A DNA stretch of 64,000 nt, taken from contig RDEW01000027.1 in assembly GCA_011109175.1 (NCBI GenBank), forward strand, positions 472,811 to 536,810. The letters run 5' to 3'. Every line of letters begins with the position of its first letter. Position 1 is the first letter of the stretch. Positions 26,011-39,069 of this stretch are shown here, in pieces. A program made the translations under genes and the position numbers. The notes under the pieces are model-generated. The model had not been told where the DNA came from, ran no database searches, and was given only the letters and a program-made list of their open reading frames with translations. The stretch is from Dicyema japonicum (lineage: Eukaryota > Animalia > Dicyemida).

Positions 26011-27089
26011 AATTAGAGTCAGGAAAAATGTTAAAAAAATTAAAAAATCGATTGAGTTGCACGTGCGGAAGGTGACATATTTTATTAAAAAAGATGATGT
26101 CATTTTTGAAATTGTGCAATTGGTTCAACTTTTCTGATTGTTTGTCAGTTCCTCCTCTTTCCCTTCCTAATAGAGTAGCGTTACGTGATCCACCTGTCTC
26201 AGGTCCAACTCTCCACTCAATTGAAGGGACTTCCACAACTGCAAGTAATGTACATTTTTTGTCTTTATGGTGGTTCCGGACGGACTCTGTTTCTGTAGCA
26301 GGAAACTGGATACACTTGACCATTTGTTTACTTTAAAAACTGGATACACTTGATCTTTTCCCTCCAATGCTTGACCACGCCGCAATCAAAAATAATGGCT
26401 CCGACTTCATCTGTCTGTGTGGCCAAGAAACAAGTCGTTTCTTCCATTCAAGGCTTCAAATACACGAAATTTGGGGAAAAACCCCACTCCTCTTCAAACC
26501 CTAATGAAAGATGATCGTCGTTTATTCAGGAAAGCCGTGGGTACTCTGGAGGAACACAGGAAAAACCTCTCGATCCTGTTGAGGCGTACCGGGATCACTT
26601 AATTAGTTGGATTACTCCTTCTTTCTTGGTGTTCCCTTTTCGGGGTTATTAAATAAATAAATTCATTCTCAGTGTATCCGGGGTTAATAAATTAAATTAA
26701 TCGAGGAAAAATTTGAGCATTTTTCTATTATAACAGCATCATTCGTACAAGTAATATTCTGGAATCGTGGCAATTAATACTCATGTGATAGAACATAAAA
26801 AGTACATGACAATGGTACACTTGTAAGATGGTAAAATTGAAATTACTCGACAGAAGAGATTAAGAATAATTTGTCGACCATGATAGATTCATCATTGACC
26901 AATTTTTAAAAAAAATACACTGATTCAAATGATAAATTATTTCTTCGATTTTACGTTTATACTGCAGTGTTCGGATTATCCCTCACCGGTTTTGTCTTTC
27001 ATTAAAAGCGATGGATCACCCAGGATAGTTGTTTGTTCATTCCAACACGACAAAAAAGAAGTACAATGGAAATATGTCAATGTTGAGTG

Positions 27090-28030
27090 TCAATGAGATA
27101 TGTTGTTGTTTGAAACTGAACCAGTTATTAAAGTGATAATTCTTGTAAAAATCTTCATAAAAAAGAGTCTTCTAACAGAATCTATGAAAATGCTCAAATA
27201 TGTCGGAGCACCAATAATTCTACATATTCTGGTGAAAAACTCGGTATAACTTGACGGATGACTGGAGAACTCACGATGATGATACAAACTAAAACACCGT
27301 GGAACGTCAAAATAAAAAAAAGCTGACACAAAGTTTGATCTGTCAAAATGAACCGGAAATATTATTATTATTATTCGCCATGGAAAACTACCTAATGCAT
27401 ACGGGAGCCGGTTTCCGTGGAAGACCAAGAGTCACACTCCCAACTATTTTGAATGGAGACCTGTCGGCTGTGGGACTGAAGCTCACTTCGCAGACGACCT
27501 AGATACCTTAAGGAACTGCACGAAGTAGAGGTCCTGGAAGAGGCTGATAGAGAGGATGGCTAGAAATACGGCACAAGGGAGGCTTGATTAATTTTATGAC
27601 TTCTCGGGAGTGCTTTAAATAATAAAAATAATAATAATACACACAACGAATGACTTATTTGTTAGCTTATGCTGTTTTCTTTTATTTTAAAGATTATTTT
27701 CCTAACTTTTTGATAAAAAAAAATTATAATATTTTAAATCCTCTCACATAAAGCTGACACAAAGTTTGATCTGTCAAAATGAACCGGAAATATGTACCAC
27801 CGAAAAAGTAAATTTCAAATAAAATGATTTCAAATAATCCAAGAGTATTGAAAATAGTTTACAGTATATTTTGACTTGAAAACACAAGAAAATGTTTGCG
27901 AAAACAGAACTAATTGAAAAAAGAATATATATGAAAACAACTTGTACAGGCAAATTGATCAAATAGTGCAGAAAAATCATGTTTTATGTTACCAAACCAT
28001 ACATCAAACATTTTGATAACAGCCTTCAAC
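27090..28030 (-). pseudogene. Decayed hydrophobic membrane-protein-like sequence interrupted by an RTE insertion
   Basis: Removing the insert and one 44-bp repeat restores the frame GLFEIILFEIYFFGGTYFRFILTDQTLCQLFFILTFHGVLVCIIIVSS; no family recognised. Confidence 0.3.
27363..27749 (+). mobile_element. Short RTE 3' fragment plus ~110 bp extra sequence between 44-bp direct repeats
   Basis: FRGRPRVTLPTILNGDL and family A tail; identical 44-mers at 27319-27362 and 27750-27793. Confidence 0.8.
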
Positions 28031-28084
28031 ACTATTTGACAAATTAACAATCCAACATATAAATTTAATACAAAAATCAGGAAA

Positions 28085-28197
28085 ACACAATAAAAATGAG
28101 GTTAAACAATAAAAAATGAGGTTAAACAATAAAAATGAGGTTAAACAAAAAAAATGAGGTTAAACAAAAAAAATGAGGTTAAACAAAAAAAATGAGG
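28085..28197 (+). repeat. Minisatellite, ~19-20 bp unit (aaaaatgaggttaaacaa), about 6 copies
   Basis: Tandem units directly visible. Confidence 0.9.
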
Positions 28198-28469
28198 CCA
28201 ACAACAACAATGTGCAACAAAACGCGCAAATGACGTGTCAATGTATAAAAGAGGTTAGCCATATTGTAAAACAGTTTTTTAAAATAAATGAATATTAAAT
28301 TAATTAATAAATAATTTACTAAGAACAGGGAATTTAGTGGTTAGGATGAATTAGTCTTTATAAATTAGTCATGAATTAGTCATTGATCTAAGAAAATAAT
28401 GGAAAGTTTGTAGTTTATACTCAAATCGTCATGTCGTTTCAGTGGACCTGCAAACTGGCAACGACGTCT

Positions 28470-28910
28470 CTCACCCGTTGAGTACTCAGGTAAAACCATT
28501 TCCATATTCTGGCAGCCAATAAAGAGATGCTATATTTACATGTCCTCATTGTAAGTCGGTTGATCATTTAGTATCACGACTCTGTGTAGAGGCATAACGA
28601 GGTAGTGAAGAGTCTTCATCTCCTATTATCTAGTAAATATGATATTCGCCATATCAGAAAGTTGGGGACTCATACAATTTGTGGTTGAGAACACTATGGT
28701 CCAAATAAAGGTGACAGTGTTGTCCGAACCTTGGAATTAGTTAAGCACAATACACCAGACATTGTGATACATGATAAGTAGTCTAGTCAAGTTCTTATAG
28801 ATGTATGAATCACGTCTCATGACAGTTTGCAGGCTGTGGAGGAGGAGAAAAGAAAGTAATGACTTGCTTACAAACGAGACGGTTACAGGGTCAAGGTCAT
28901 CGAACATAAG
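28470..28910 (+). mobile_element. R4/Dong-like 3' fragment
   Basis: CPHCKSVDHL, RHNEVVKSLH and VKHNTPDI motifs. Confidence 0.7.
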
Positions 28911-28919
28911 TAGTGTGGC

Positions 28920-30970
28920 GAGAGGGTTAAAGGAAAAGCGCCACCTATAGTAAAAGGTTATTTAGTAAACTGCGTGTTCCCAAATAGGCTCAAAGAGTTG
29001 AGGAGGGCAAAGGTAGAGTTATAGGGGGCAATAATGTTGTATAAGAGGAAACTCTATACACATAAAAGTCGGTGTAAGTGAAAAGAAAAAATAATCTGTG
29101 TGAGTTTAATTGCAGATTGTTTTACCGTCACCTACACGAAAATGGCCATAGTGCATGCTCCCAGCAGACGCGGAAATGCTTTCCACATGGGGTAGTATGT
29201 GGAAGACTAAACCACGCAGAGAAATGCGTGGAAGATCCCGTTCAGCGCCGCTCCTTTTTTGGCGGAATTTTGCGGAATTTTCGATTTCCGCAAAAAATGT
29301 GAGGCGGTAGTGAGACATCTCCTTGATTGGAAAACGACCGGGGTAGATAAAGTTTAAATTTTTTTATCAATAGATGCACTTCATTGCACGAGTCTATGTG
29401 TCGTGTATTACATAAAAGCATCACTAACCTGGAAACGATTTCTGATTGGGCCTGCTCCGGGACAACTTATTTGATCCCAAACCTTGACAACCATCAGTCT
29501 GCTGCATGTTATCGGCGATAACCTGCATGCCAACCTTGTATAAGCTGATGACCTAATTGGTGGCTAATGAGGTAAGGAGCTTCGTGGAATTCTCTCCAGT
29601 TGGTAAGTCTAAAAAAAAATGGAATTCTCTCCAGTTGGTAAGTCTCTTATTATGCCTAAGACAAAGTAACAGATTACTGAAGGCATTCATAGAAGAACAG
29701 CTTTATCATGTAAGATGTTCCTAAATGCAAGGATTTGTTCCTAGAATTGAATGAGCATGCTGCCTCGCTGCTAAACTACTACATAGGTGTTGTGGAGTTT
29801 GAGCCCAAAAAGTATGATGAGATGGATGTTATGATTCGTGGAGTACTCAGAGAAAACCATGTCCAAGTGTTGGCAGCCAATAAGGAGAGACTAAATTTAC
29901 TTTGTGATAAATTCGGCCATGGACTGTGTGGAGTAGTCCTACTAAGTGAGCGTATCTTAATGCGAATGCACGACACCTGATAGCTGGGTCAAGTGTGTCT
30001 GTTAGGAAGCACGCCATAATAACGACCGAGAAAACACGGGCAACTCACTTAGGCACTATCAGACTTATTGTCTGCTAAGTATGGTGTTGATGATGGTGGG
30101 CTAGTAAATGTAAAGGCGTTGATCGAATTACAATATAATAATTTGATGGAAAAGATCAACTTAAAAAGCCTTCATAAGGTCATTTTCAGAGCATTGGACA
30201 ACCCACATGTCGACCTTAAGTCGACAATATGGCTAAAATACGGTGACAACTCACCTCGATCAGAGGCGCTGCACACGTATATGCAAGACCGCAATATTTT
30301 TGGGGTCAATCTACAAATACATGTTTCCATTGTAAGTCAAGGAAAATGTCGGTTGATCATTTAGCCACTCGGTGCGGATCCATGCTCTGTCACTACTATC
30401 TGTGGAGGCATAACGAGGTGGTAAGGAGTCTTCATTTTCTAATATGCAATATGTATGGTATTCGCCACACCAGAAAGTTGCGGACTCAAGGTGAAATCTG
30501 TAGTAGAGAACACCAGGGTCCAGATCAAGGTAGACAGTGTTATCCGAACTTCGGTGCTAGTCAAGCACAATAAGCCGGACAATGGTACACAATAAAGAGT
30601 CTGCCAAGTCCTTATCATAGAAGTTGGCATTACGTCTCAAGACCGTTCCAGGCTGTGGAAGTTGAGAAAATAGGGTAGATGGTTTCAAGATCCTTGTTAT
30701 TCCAATAGTAATGACGTGGTAAGGAATTGCAAAAAAGTAGAACAAAGGTTATCTAAAACAGTTAGGGGTAGATAGGAAGCTCCAGGCCTATCTACAATCA
30801 ACTTTATTAAAGCGGACCCTAAGACCTTTATTAAACTTACACTGGAGTATAGGAGGCAGAGCCCGGAGATGCCGTATGGGCAGAGGGTTCAATTGGACAA
30901 GGCGCTTTCGGAGTTGTTTCAGCAACCAGAATCGAACCTGCCTGAGGAGGCTGGCAACAGGCAGGCCAGA
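28920..30970 (+). mobile_element. R4/Dong-like retrotransposon (RT with internal deletion, CCHC, RLE), decayed
   Basis: TTYLIP, ITCMPTLYKL, LNEHAASLLNYYIG, DHLATRCG, RHNEVV, HNKPD and LIIEVGITSQD motifs. Confidence 0.8.
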
Positions 30971-31399
30971 AGGTTGTTGATTATTAAAAATTAACTATTT
31001 TATTGCTGGTTAAATATATTTATAATTTTTGTTGTTGTGGTGTTGTACATGTCCGTTTCTAATCATATCGAGAAATCGAATCCTATGGGCCTTCCTGCAA
31101 AATCAAATAAAGAAGATAGTATACTAGAAGCAGGACCGTCGTCTGTGGGGCTCTATAATGTCACAAGAACTAATATCAACATCGTTGGGAATATTGCTGC
31201 CAAAACCAACTTGCATTCACTATCTGCCATTATTGAAGAGGTCCACTGTGTCCTGAAGCTGAGTGGGTATCTCAGATTTTTCTTGCCACGAAGCAAAGAT
31301 TCGGAAGGATACCTAGATGTGGCTGGAAGTTCAATGAAAAGTACTCCAATAGTTCCTGCCTATGTAGCTAAAAAAGATGCTGAAACATGAAAATCGGAA

Positions 31400-32660
31400 T
31401 AACAATGTAAAAGGAGGCGAATGTTTCAAAGTGCAAAATAATACTAATGTGGAAATTTCCACCTTCAAAATTGCTTTGAGGAACTAAAAGTACAAATTGA
31501 GAAAATTAAGTCAATTCCGAGGGATACTCGAAAACCAACACCCAAAATTTAGAGAAAGTATGTCAGAGTTAATGTTTTGTCGGGACTAAATTCTGCAATA
31601 TATTTATTACGAAAAATAATCCGCCTCAAGATTTCAATCAAATTACTGACATTCTATATGCTGCACAGTGTGCTTATATGGCTTTAACTCGAAGGTTAAA
31701 CCGCAGAGTACGTGGTTGGAGAACACTGAGAAGAAAATCTCAAAGCTGATGGCAGAACTAGTCAATCGTTTTTCCAGACAAGCTCTCCCTGTGTATGAAA
31801 AACAAAAGGTTATGGATGTTCTTTGTGCCTATGGATACAAAAGGGCCAAAAAGGGGAGGTTGCCAGGATTGAGGCTCTACTATGTGACCTTGTCAGAATT
31901 AAGAAGAAGCAAATAGCAGTACATTATTCGAGGAAGGACTTTCGCAAGGACAACTGTTGTTTTGAATTAAATCGAAGATTTTATCGGAAACCATCAGCAA
32001 GCAATGAAGTAACGTTATATGGTTTCGATGACGAGGATTGTATGTCGTTCTGGGAAAAAGTGTGGTCTAAAAGAAAAGAGATGCACGTGTCATATGATTG
32101 TGTGGTAAAGTAAATACTGGTATTGAAGGCATGTTGCCAGAGTTCACAAATGATTTTATCCTGGATGTTATTGAATGGCTTCCCGATTAGAAGCCGTGTG
32201 GATGCGATGGCTCATATAACTTCTTTATTAAAAAAATAGAATTTTTACATGGCTTTTTATGTACTGAAATTAATCGAATTATTAATGGGAATATATGCCT
32301 GAAAGTTGGTTTTATACTGGAATAACCTATTTAATTCCTAAAAAGGATGATTGTGAGACTCCTAAGACTTACGTCCTATAACGTGTATGCCAATTTTATA
32401 TAAACTTATTACCAAATGTGTTAATTCCAAACTCTCAGATTTTGTGGATTCGTTTGGGCTATTATCTGACAATCAGCTGGGAACGAGGAAACATTGTCTA
32501 AGGAACAGGCCTTATTAATCAATGCTTAAATAAGGAGTATGGAAACGCCCTTTATTCTGCTTGGGTTGATGTGAAGAAGGCCTTTGATTCTGTTGATCAT
32601 GAATTTTTATTTCATGTATTGGATTGTTCAGGAATACCCCTTTGGATTGTTAATAGAAGA
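31400..32660 (+). mobile_element. R4/Dong-like retrotransposon 5' half to RT motif 3
   Basis: FRKDNCCFELNRRFYR, GITYLIPKK, RPITCMP and SAWVDVKKAFDSVDH motifs. Confidence 0.75.
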
Positions 32661-32805
32661 AGGTAACTAAGAAGCTTACTCGGAATGGAGTGGCCACGTA
32701 GAATATCAACCATGGAAAAGACTAACTATAAATATTGTTTCTTTGAGTGTTGCACATGCGGGGCTAAAACATTATGGCTTTCGTGAAAGTGCCTTAATAA
32801 TATAA
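32660..32805 (+). mobile_element. RTE 3' tail (family B)
   Basis: acattatggctttcgtgaaagtgccttaataat identical to the tail at ~4793-4825. Confidence 0.7.
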
Positions 32806-33497
32806 CTGCTGGTTAAATAAAGTGGAAGAAGCTAGAAACCAAGATCTCTCAATTAGACGATTACTCTTATCTTCTTTCTCATGTTTCTTTGTGTTAATAT
32901 TAAATTATAATCCAAGACATGTCAGGCAGTAAACCTTAGTGTCAATAATAATATAATCAAATCCATATTTGTTTCCAAGCCAACGATATCCATATAGTTA
33001 TGGTGAAGACCACTAAATGATTCTCAAATTGGGGAATCAATTTATCAATCAGAGAGGCTTTAGCTATTGTATAGGATGATTAGCAATTAAAATTTTAAAC
33101 TATAAGCTCATTAAGCCAGGTAGTCCAACGGTTAAGGTTTCGTACATGTAGCACTGCTCCTTAGTCGAAGATTTCTCTTCCTTTCCTTCTCATGTGGCGT
33201 CCAGTACCAGAGTGGCACGAAAAGTACCATTTTCTCTCCAGCGCTGCACTGGAGGGATTCTCACAGCTGCATCGTTTTCTTCCCTTTCCATGTGCTTGTG
33301 GATATTGGAAGGTCTCTGCTACTGTGCCCATGGGAACTGAATAGATATCATTAGTTGTTGACCACTAACTTCTTTCAAATTAAATTAAAATAATTCCAGA
33401 TGGCAAAATTAGATTATTTTGACATAACAGTACGTCATTGCGATATATTTAAATATAAATTAAAATATTGTAACCAAAGTAATAAATAATAATCGTA

Positions 33498-34788
33498 ATG
33501 AACAAACATAATGAAAAATTAGAAAATGGGTTCTCGTTGTACATTAATGGTCCTGAAATGACTAAGAAAACAAAGACAGGACTGTGGCCGACTCCCACGA
33601 AAACATGTAATTTTCTCATGTATTTAGTGGTCTACCAATTCGCATCAAATGTGTGTACTCCTTTCAAAAAAATCGACAAAAGTGCCTTTGTCTTTATTAT
33701 TAGATTTTCCTGAAAGCAAGCCTCATCGATTATGGAAGATTGATGGAAATACGAACAAAATCGGTTTTATGTCGCATTATCTCAGAGAACGCAGGAGAAA
33801 CTCCCAAAACTGATTCAGAAGAGTTGTTAGACCAAAATCAGCAATCCAAATTTAACGGGAGTCCAATGCTGCTCTCACAAGTCGGTGAGGTCTCCTCAGC
33901 TTCTTCTGCCTGCAAAAACGTCTTTCTTCAAATTCTGTCCCTAAATAAAAGGTTATTTAAATTCAATCTAATTTTCAGTGAGAAACAACATATTCTTGAA
34001 ATGCTATCTAAACATTTGGGGGAGGAGACCAGCCGAAAAGTTCTCTCGAATAGGCAGGACCCATTTTCTTCTAATTTAATAAATAATAATGTATTCGTGG
34101 TAGAATCTAAAATAGAACACTTTCAGTCATTTTAACCCCTTCATGTCGGTTATGGGACCAACTTTCAGTGGAAAGAAAAAACCCAGCGCTTTTTGTGACG
34201 AAACGAAAACTTTTTGGGAGGAATTCGACAATTCTACCATTTCATGTGAATTCAGTAACAATGACTCCACAGTTGAAGAAACGAGTGATATTTACGAATC
34301 CTTGGAGCTGTGTTCAACAAATCTAAGCTTTTCCGAGACTTTTATATTTGAGATAACTATTCTAACCAATTGGGGCGGTAATTCTGTTGGGTTTAACAAA
34401 ATCGAAGTAATTTCCAAATCGGGAGAAGCTACAGTGATCAACAGTGTAAGAAAACAATTTAGTTGTAGTTCCGCATAAAAATCCAGAGTGACTCCGGTAC
34501 AGAAAATGAATATTTTGTAAACCGAAGATCGGTTTTGACCACCTTTTTGGGCACGTGTTGTAAAGTAGTAGTGTTTGGTAGTGCTGAATTGGCCTCTCCT
34601 GTTGGCCAAGTAAGAATATGGGTAAGAGTACGTATCACTCATAGAACTATTGTAACGGGAAAGGAGAATATTCTTGTGGAATAAAGAATGCGTGTATTAC
34701 TATTAATTCAGAGATAGTATTTACGGGGGAAATTCCACAAATTATATCCACTCAATCACCCCCTTTTATAATTCGATGTAAAAATTAA
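33498..34788 (+). CDS. KATNIP: KATNIP/KIAA0556-like ciliary protein, short, apparently one DUF4457-type repeat, tiny introns
   Basis: LENGFSLYING (cf. LEQGFSVYVNG), ITILTNWGGNSVGFNKIEV, VRIW|NYCN..GIK..IVFTGEI. Example introns 33607-33627 and 33682-33703. Confidence 0.7.
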
Positions 34789-34904
34789 AGATATTGACAA
34801 ATAATTATATTTTTCTAACTTGCCGCCTTGGTTGAGCACGCATATGTTCACTTGGAGGGCTCTGACACTCGAAGGGGATTTTTCACTTCATGTTACTTTG
34901 CAGT

Positions 34905-35090
34905 TTACTACATCCGCTCAGAATTAAAAACGATCTGTAAGGAAATGCGCTCAATAAGCCAACTCTTTTCCTTTTTCCGATAAGCGATCATGTACGGTTT
35001 AGCAGGGTCAGTGACCTGCTTCCTATTAGTCAGATTAAACCATGCGAGTGCAAACTGCTTACTATAGGTTTTCCTGACCATTAGCGTCAC
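34905..35090 (-). mobile_element. CRE-like 3' fragment
   Basis: KEKSWLIERISLQIV matches 8155-8200. Confidence 0.65.
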
Positions 35091-35149
35091 TTTCTACTCA
35101 TAACATTGGGATATGGGTAAATATATTTTTGCATAAAGAACATCTTAAA

Positions 35150-35430
35150 ACTCATAATAAGGTCGGATTTTTAGTGTCCTAAAGACCAAGACGAGGAAGA
35201 GCTGTTTCAGGAACTTTTACATATATTTCAGTAGAGGTCATCAGAACCAGAAATTGGATCAATGACTATTTTTCTCCGGAATCCTAAAACCCGATATTTT
35301 TGATATTCCTGCATCATTATACGGACAATCTCCATGTTCTATTACCCCTTACTTGCCATCTTTCAATCCAATTGAGAATTTATTTAACACATGGAAAAAC
35401 TATGTTTCCCAAGGAGATGTTGAAAATAAA
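35150..35430 (+). mobile_element. Tc1/IS630-type DDE transposase remnant
   Basis: PYLPSFNPIENLFNTWKNYV resembles the YSPxLNPIE motif. Confidence 0.55.
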
Positions 35431-35499
35431 AAAATTAAAAAAAAAGTTTGTTTTTACCCTTAAAAATTTGTTTTTTACTCTTAAAAATTTAGTGATTTA

Positions 35500-36052
35500 T
35501 CGATCGGGAAGTGGGACGCTAATAGTCGGGAAACCTATAAATCGGACATAAATTACTTCAAATCACACAACGGTGGGTAATTTAATAATTATTATAGAAT
35601 AGTTCTCGAAATCAGCTAATGCTGATTGACAACACATTATTGCATAAACTCTTTTTTGAGTACAGGAGATTTATTGTATCATCTAATCATCCCACATTTC
35701 AAACAGATGGTCTACGATATTCCTTCAATTATGGACCGGACGAACTCAGAGATATATCAGACAAAAACAATTTATTACGTAACAAGACAATCAAAATAAT
35801 CCAGCTGATAGAATGGAATGGTTGCTCTGACCTGCAGAAATCCTTTGGAACAGCCATTCAGTTTCCTGACGCTCATTACTCACTTTTGACATCATTGATC
35901 AAGCGATTTTAGAAGAGACTGTCTTGGGTCCGCAGACTTCGCTCGTCTCGGCGACAACGGGCTGTACGTGGAATCTGAGGAGAGGCTATCGTATTTTTAT
36001 CTTGAAATTCTCGAAAGGCTTTCAATGTGGATAAATAAGCTCCAAATTCATA
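35500..36052 (+). CDS. Possible host gene fragment of unknown function
   Basis: 97-aa ORF preceded by a 21-nt GT-AG intron-like segment (gtaatttaataattattatag); no motif recognised and frame breaks present. Confidence 0.25.
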
Positions 36053-36099
36053 TTTTTTATCATCAAAAATGAATAAATTATTATTAACTAATCCCTCTC

Positions 36100-36740
36100 G
36101 TGCGTCTTCGCTTCCCCCACTCGCGAAGATTTTGGTTAACTCTTTACTGCGTCAAAAGATACATTCTCAGTGGTTCTCTTGAGCACAGTTGTTGTGTGTA
36201 TACGATCATACTTCTGTCCACTTACAACTGTTTCAAGTACCCCCTGATACAATCTCATATCATCACAATGAATAACATGGAGTTTGCAGTGTTGTATTTT
36301 GCCCAATGGAAGAAAAGCATCCTTCAACTTTTTCGCTACTTCCAATGTTTCCAAACGCTCTTGGTTAATAATACCCGCTTCTATGATAGCTATATCTCCC
36401 AATAATTTATATTAAACCACTATATCAGGCTAATAGAGTTGTACAGCAAATAAGGTTTTGATTACATCCTCCACTAGAAATAGTTAGACCTTACAACTAC
36501 ATTATACCTCAACCTTCAGTCGTGGTGGACCATACTGCGGAATTTACCTCATCTAAAATCCATATCAGCAAACTCTTTTGGTTCAAATTCCATTAACTCT
36601 ATTTTAATATGAGTTATAATTGTTTGGAATATGCTTGTGTTTAGGTGATGTTGTTGATCCTGTTAGAGGAATGAATCAGTTCACTATGGTCAACAAATTG
36701 TAGTGAGTTGGGCATTTACAGTGTGTTGGAATTTTGATTT
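36100..36740 (-). mobile_element. R4/Dong-like RLE fragment
   Basis: IAIIEAGIINQERLETLEVAKKLK parallels LIIEVGITSQD..VEVEK. Confidence 0.6.
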
Positions 36741-37744
36741 CTCTCATTTTAATCATGAATGTTAACTATTGTGAATTTTGTATTATTTTGTCCTTATTTT
36801 TAGTTTAAGTTAATTGGGGATAGGACAAAGGTATTATCAACTTTAGTGACATGACATCCTAACCGCCAAACTACTTCTTACTCAGTTTGGGGGTTTTTAT
36901 AACTGCAAAGACTGGATGTTTTCACGCCTTCCAGTGTTTATAGAAAGATTCTTGTATGGTATTGAGAAATGTCTGTTTCTGCGACCACGAGAATTGGATT
37001 ATTTATTTAAAACCACGAAACACCGAGAAAATAAAAGGGAATGGGTGGCTGTCAGGTGATCCCGACCTCCTTAAGCATCCGACTTATCCTTTCTCAATAT
37101 TCCTCCCGAGAGCCGACGCATTTCCTATATGAATGAGACACTTTTCGGAATTTTGAAGATTCGAATAATTTACCTGTAATCCTACTGCTTTCCAGAAGTT
37201 CCTTCAGATTTTTGAAAGAGGAAGTGTCCTTTTTTTGCTGATCAGGAACGATCATGCCTCCAAATTGGTTTTTTTGGTTTTTACAGAAAATCAGAAACAG
37301 AAATTTGTTTATTTATTAACCTCGAATACACAGAGAAAGAAGTTATAGTTAATAACTAATAAACATCATCTAGTTCCCATGGTCTGAGACTTTCCAATGT
37401 CACAACAGTTCATTCCCAACTAGCAGGAAGAGAGATACGTCCTGGGACCTATTCAGTGGAGTGTTGGAAATCAAAGATTCTTATTTCGTGCAACCTCGTC
37501 ACTGGGTGCCTCCTGAGACAAGTGAAGAGCATATCGCTTTGAACAAGAAACGAGAAGGGACAGAATAGAGAAGGACTGAATAGCCAGTAGGAGGAATTGA
37601 ACCCAAAAAATATTGTTAGTGACATTACATCAATATTTCGTCAAATTTTAAATGGGTAGTGACGACTTAAATTATGTTAGTACGTTAAGTAGTACTGAGA
37701 ATATCGTTATAACTGAAGGTCGCTTAATACTATAATTCCTCAAA

Positions 37745-37945
37745 TCGGCAATATAACAGCAGTTAAGACCATAATACTATAGCCCTGTATGTGCGGGAAA
37801 ACACTTTATTTGTAGAACGAAGAACAGTTATACAAACTAATCGTTGAAAGGAGGCCAAGACATCTTAATTTTTTGGGTCCGTGTGAGTCACTGTAAACAA
37901 TCCGGTCCCGCAGTGAGTTATCAGTGATGACAGCATTATTATTCG
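37745..37945 (-). mobile_element. tRNA-SINE 3' part
   Basis: acactttatt..aagaacagttata..ctaatcg and tccggtcccgcagtgag match other copies. Confidence 0.65.
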
Positions 37946-39069
37946 GCATTATTATAAAACTACGGATTTTGTAAAAATTGTGCAATGTTCATTACACAGA
38001 TAATTCTCGAATTAGTTAATCAACATTATTTTACACTTTTATTCAAAATCGTACACATCGAATGATGTCAAGTTCATGTTCTGACACTAGTAAAGTTTTT
38101 TAGATACATTTCCTGAAATTTGTTAGTATCTATTCAATTAGAGATATACCTAAAAATAGAATCTATTTGCCTGATTGATGGTAGACCACGTGAAAATACA
38201 AAAAAGAATTAGCACATTAAATCGATTGTCTCCCATTGTCTAATATGTAAATAAATTCAATGTGAGTCTTTAGTTTAAAGAGTAGTGAGTGAAGAAAGTA
38301 CCCATAACTCCTTTAAATAATAGTCCTGCCTTATGGTTAGCTTGCAAATTAGTGAAAGACAGATGTTTGGAAACAATAGAATGTTTGTTTTACATATATT
38401 CGTCATCTGGAACAGCAGAAAAACACAATTTATGTCGAACTGTCTGGTTTGCTTTGTCATTGTAAAATATTTTCAGGATAATGAGAAGCACTGCTGTTTA
38501 AAGTGCTTTCGATTCATATTTGAGTGGACACAATATTTTAAAGGATATCGGCAAGTATCCGTAAAATTTCCTCAATGACTCTGATTTGTTTATTTTAGAA
38601 TCATTAATTTTACAATTGTTCCTATTTTTAGTCGAAAACTCGTCATAAATGATAAATTTTCAATATTTAGTCGGACCAACCAAGTCGTACTAAAAGTCGA
38701 TAATGTTAACGTTTTAGCGGTAGTAAGGGATAGACGTCGTGCATTACTAGCGCTAGTATATAACACGAGTCCGTTAAATATTTACAATTTTATAGTTGGA
38801 TGGGTTTGTTTTGTTGACATTATTATTTGCAAATGCTCTCCACTCTCAATTGCTCTCAGTAGTTTAGTTTTGCTTGTAATATGTTGAGTACTTGTTAATA
38901 TGTATCGCCGCTGTGATTGCATTGTGTCTCAAAATTTCTGTCATTTTGAGAATCATTAACTTTATATGATACTTTAAACACAGTGGGAGCAGTATACCTG
39001 TTAATGCAATTATTAAGTAATATATTTGTGCGCGAACAGTGGGTCAATGGAAATGGCCTACTGCTGTTT

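Noticed and set aside
28085-28197. CRISPR-like array
   Set aside because: No unique spacers, no cas genes and a eukaryotic context; it is a plain minisatellite.
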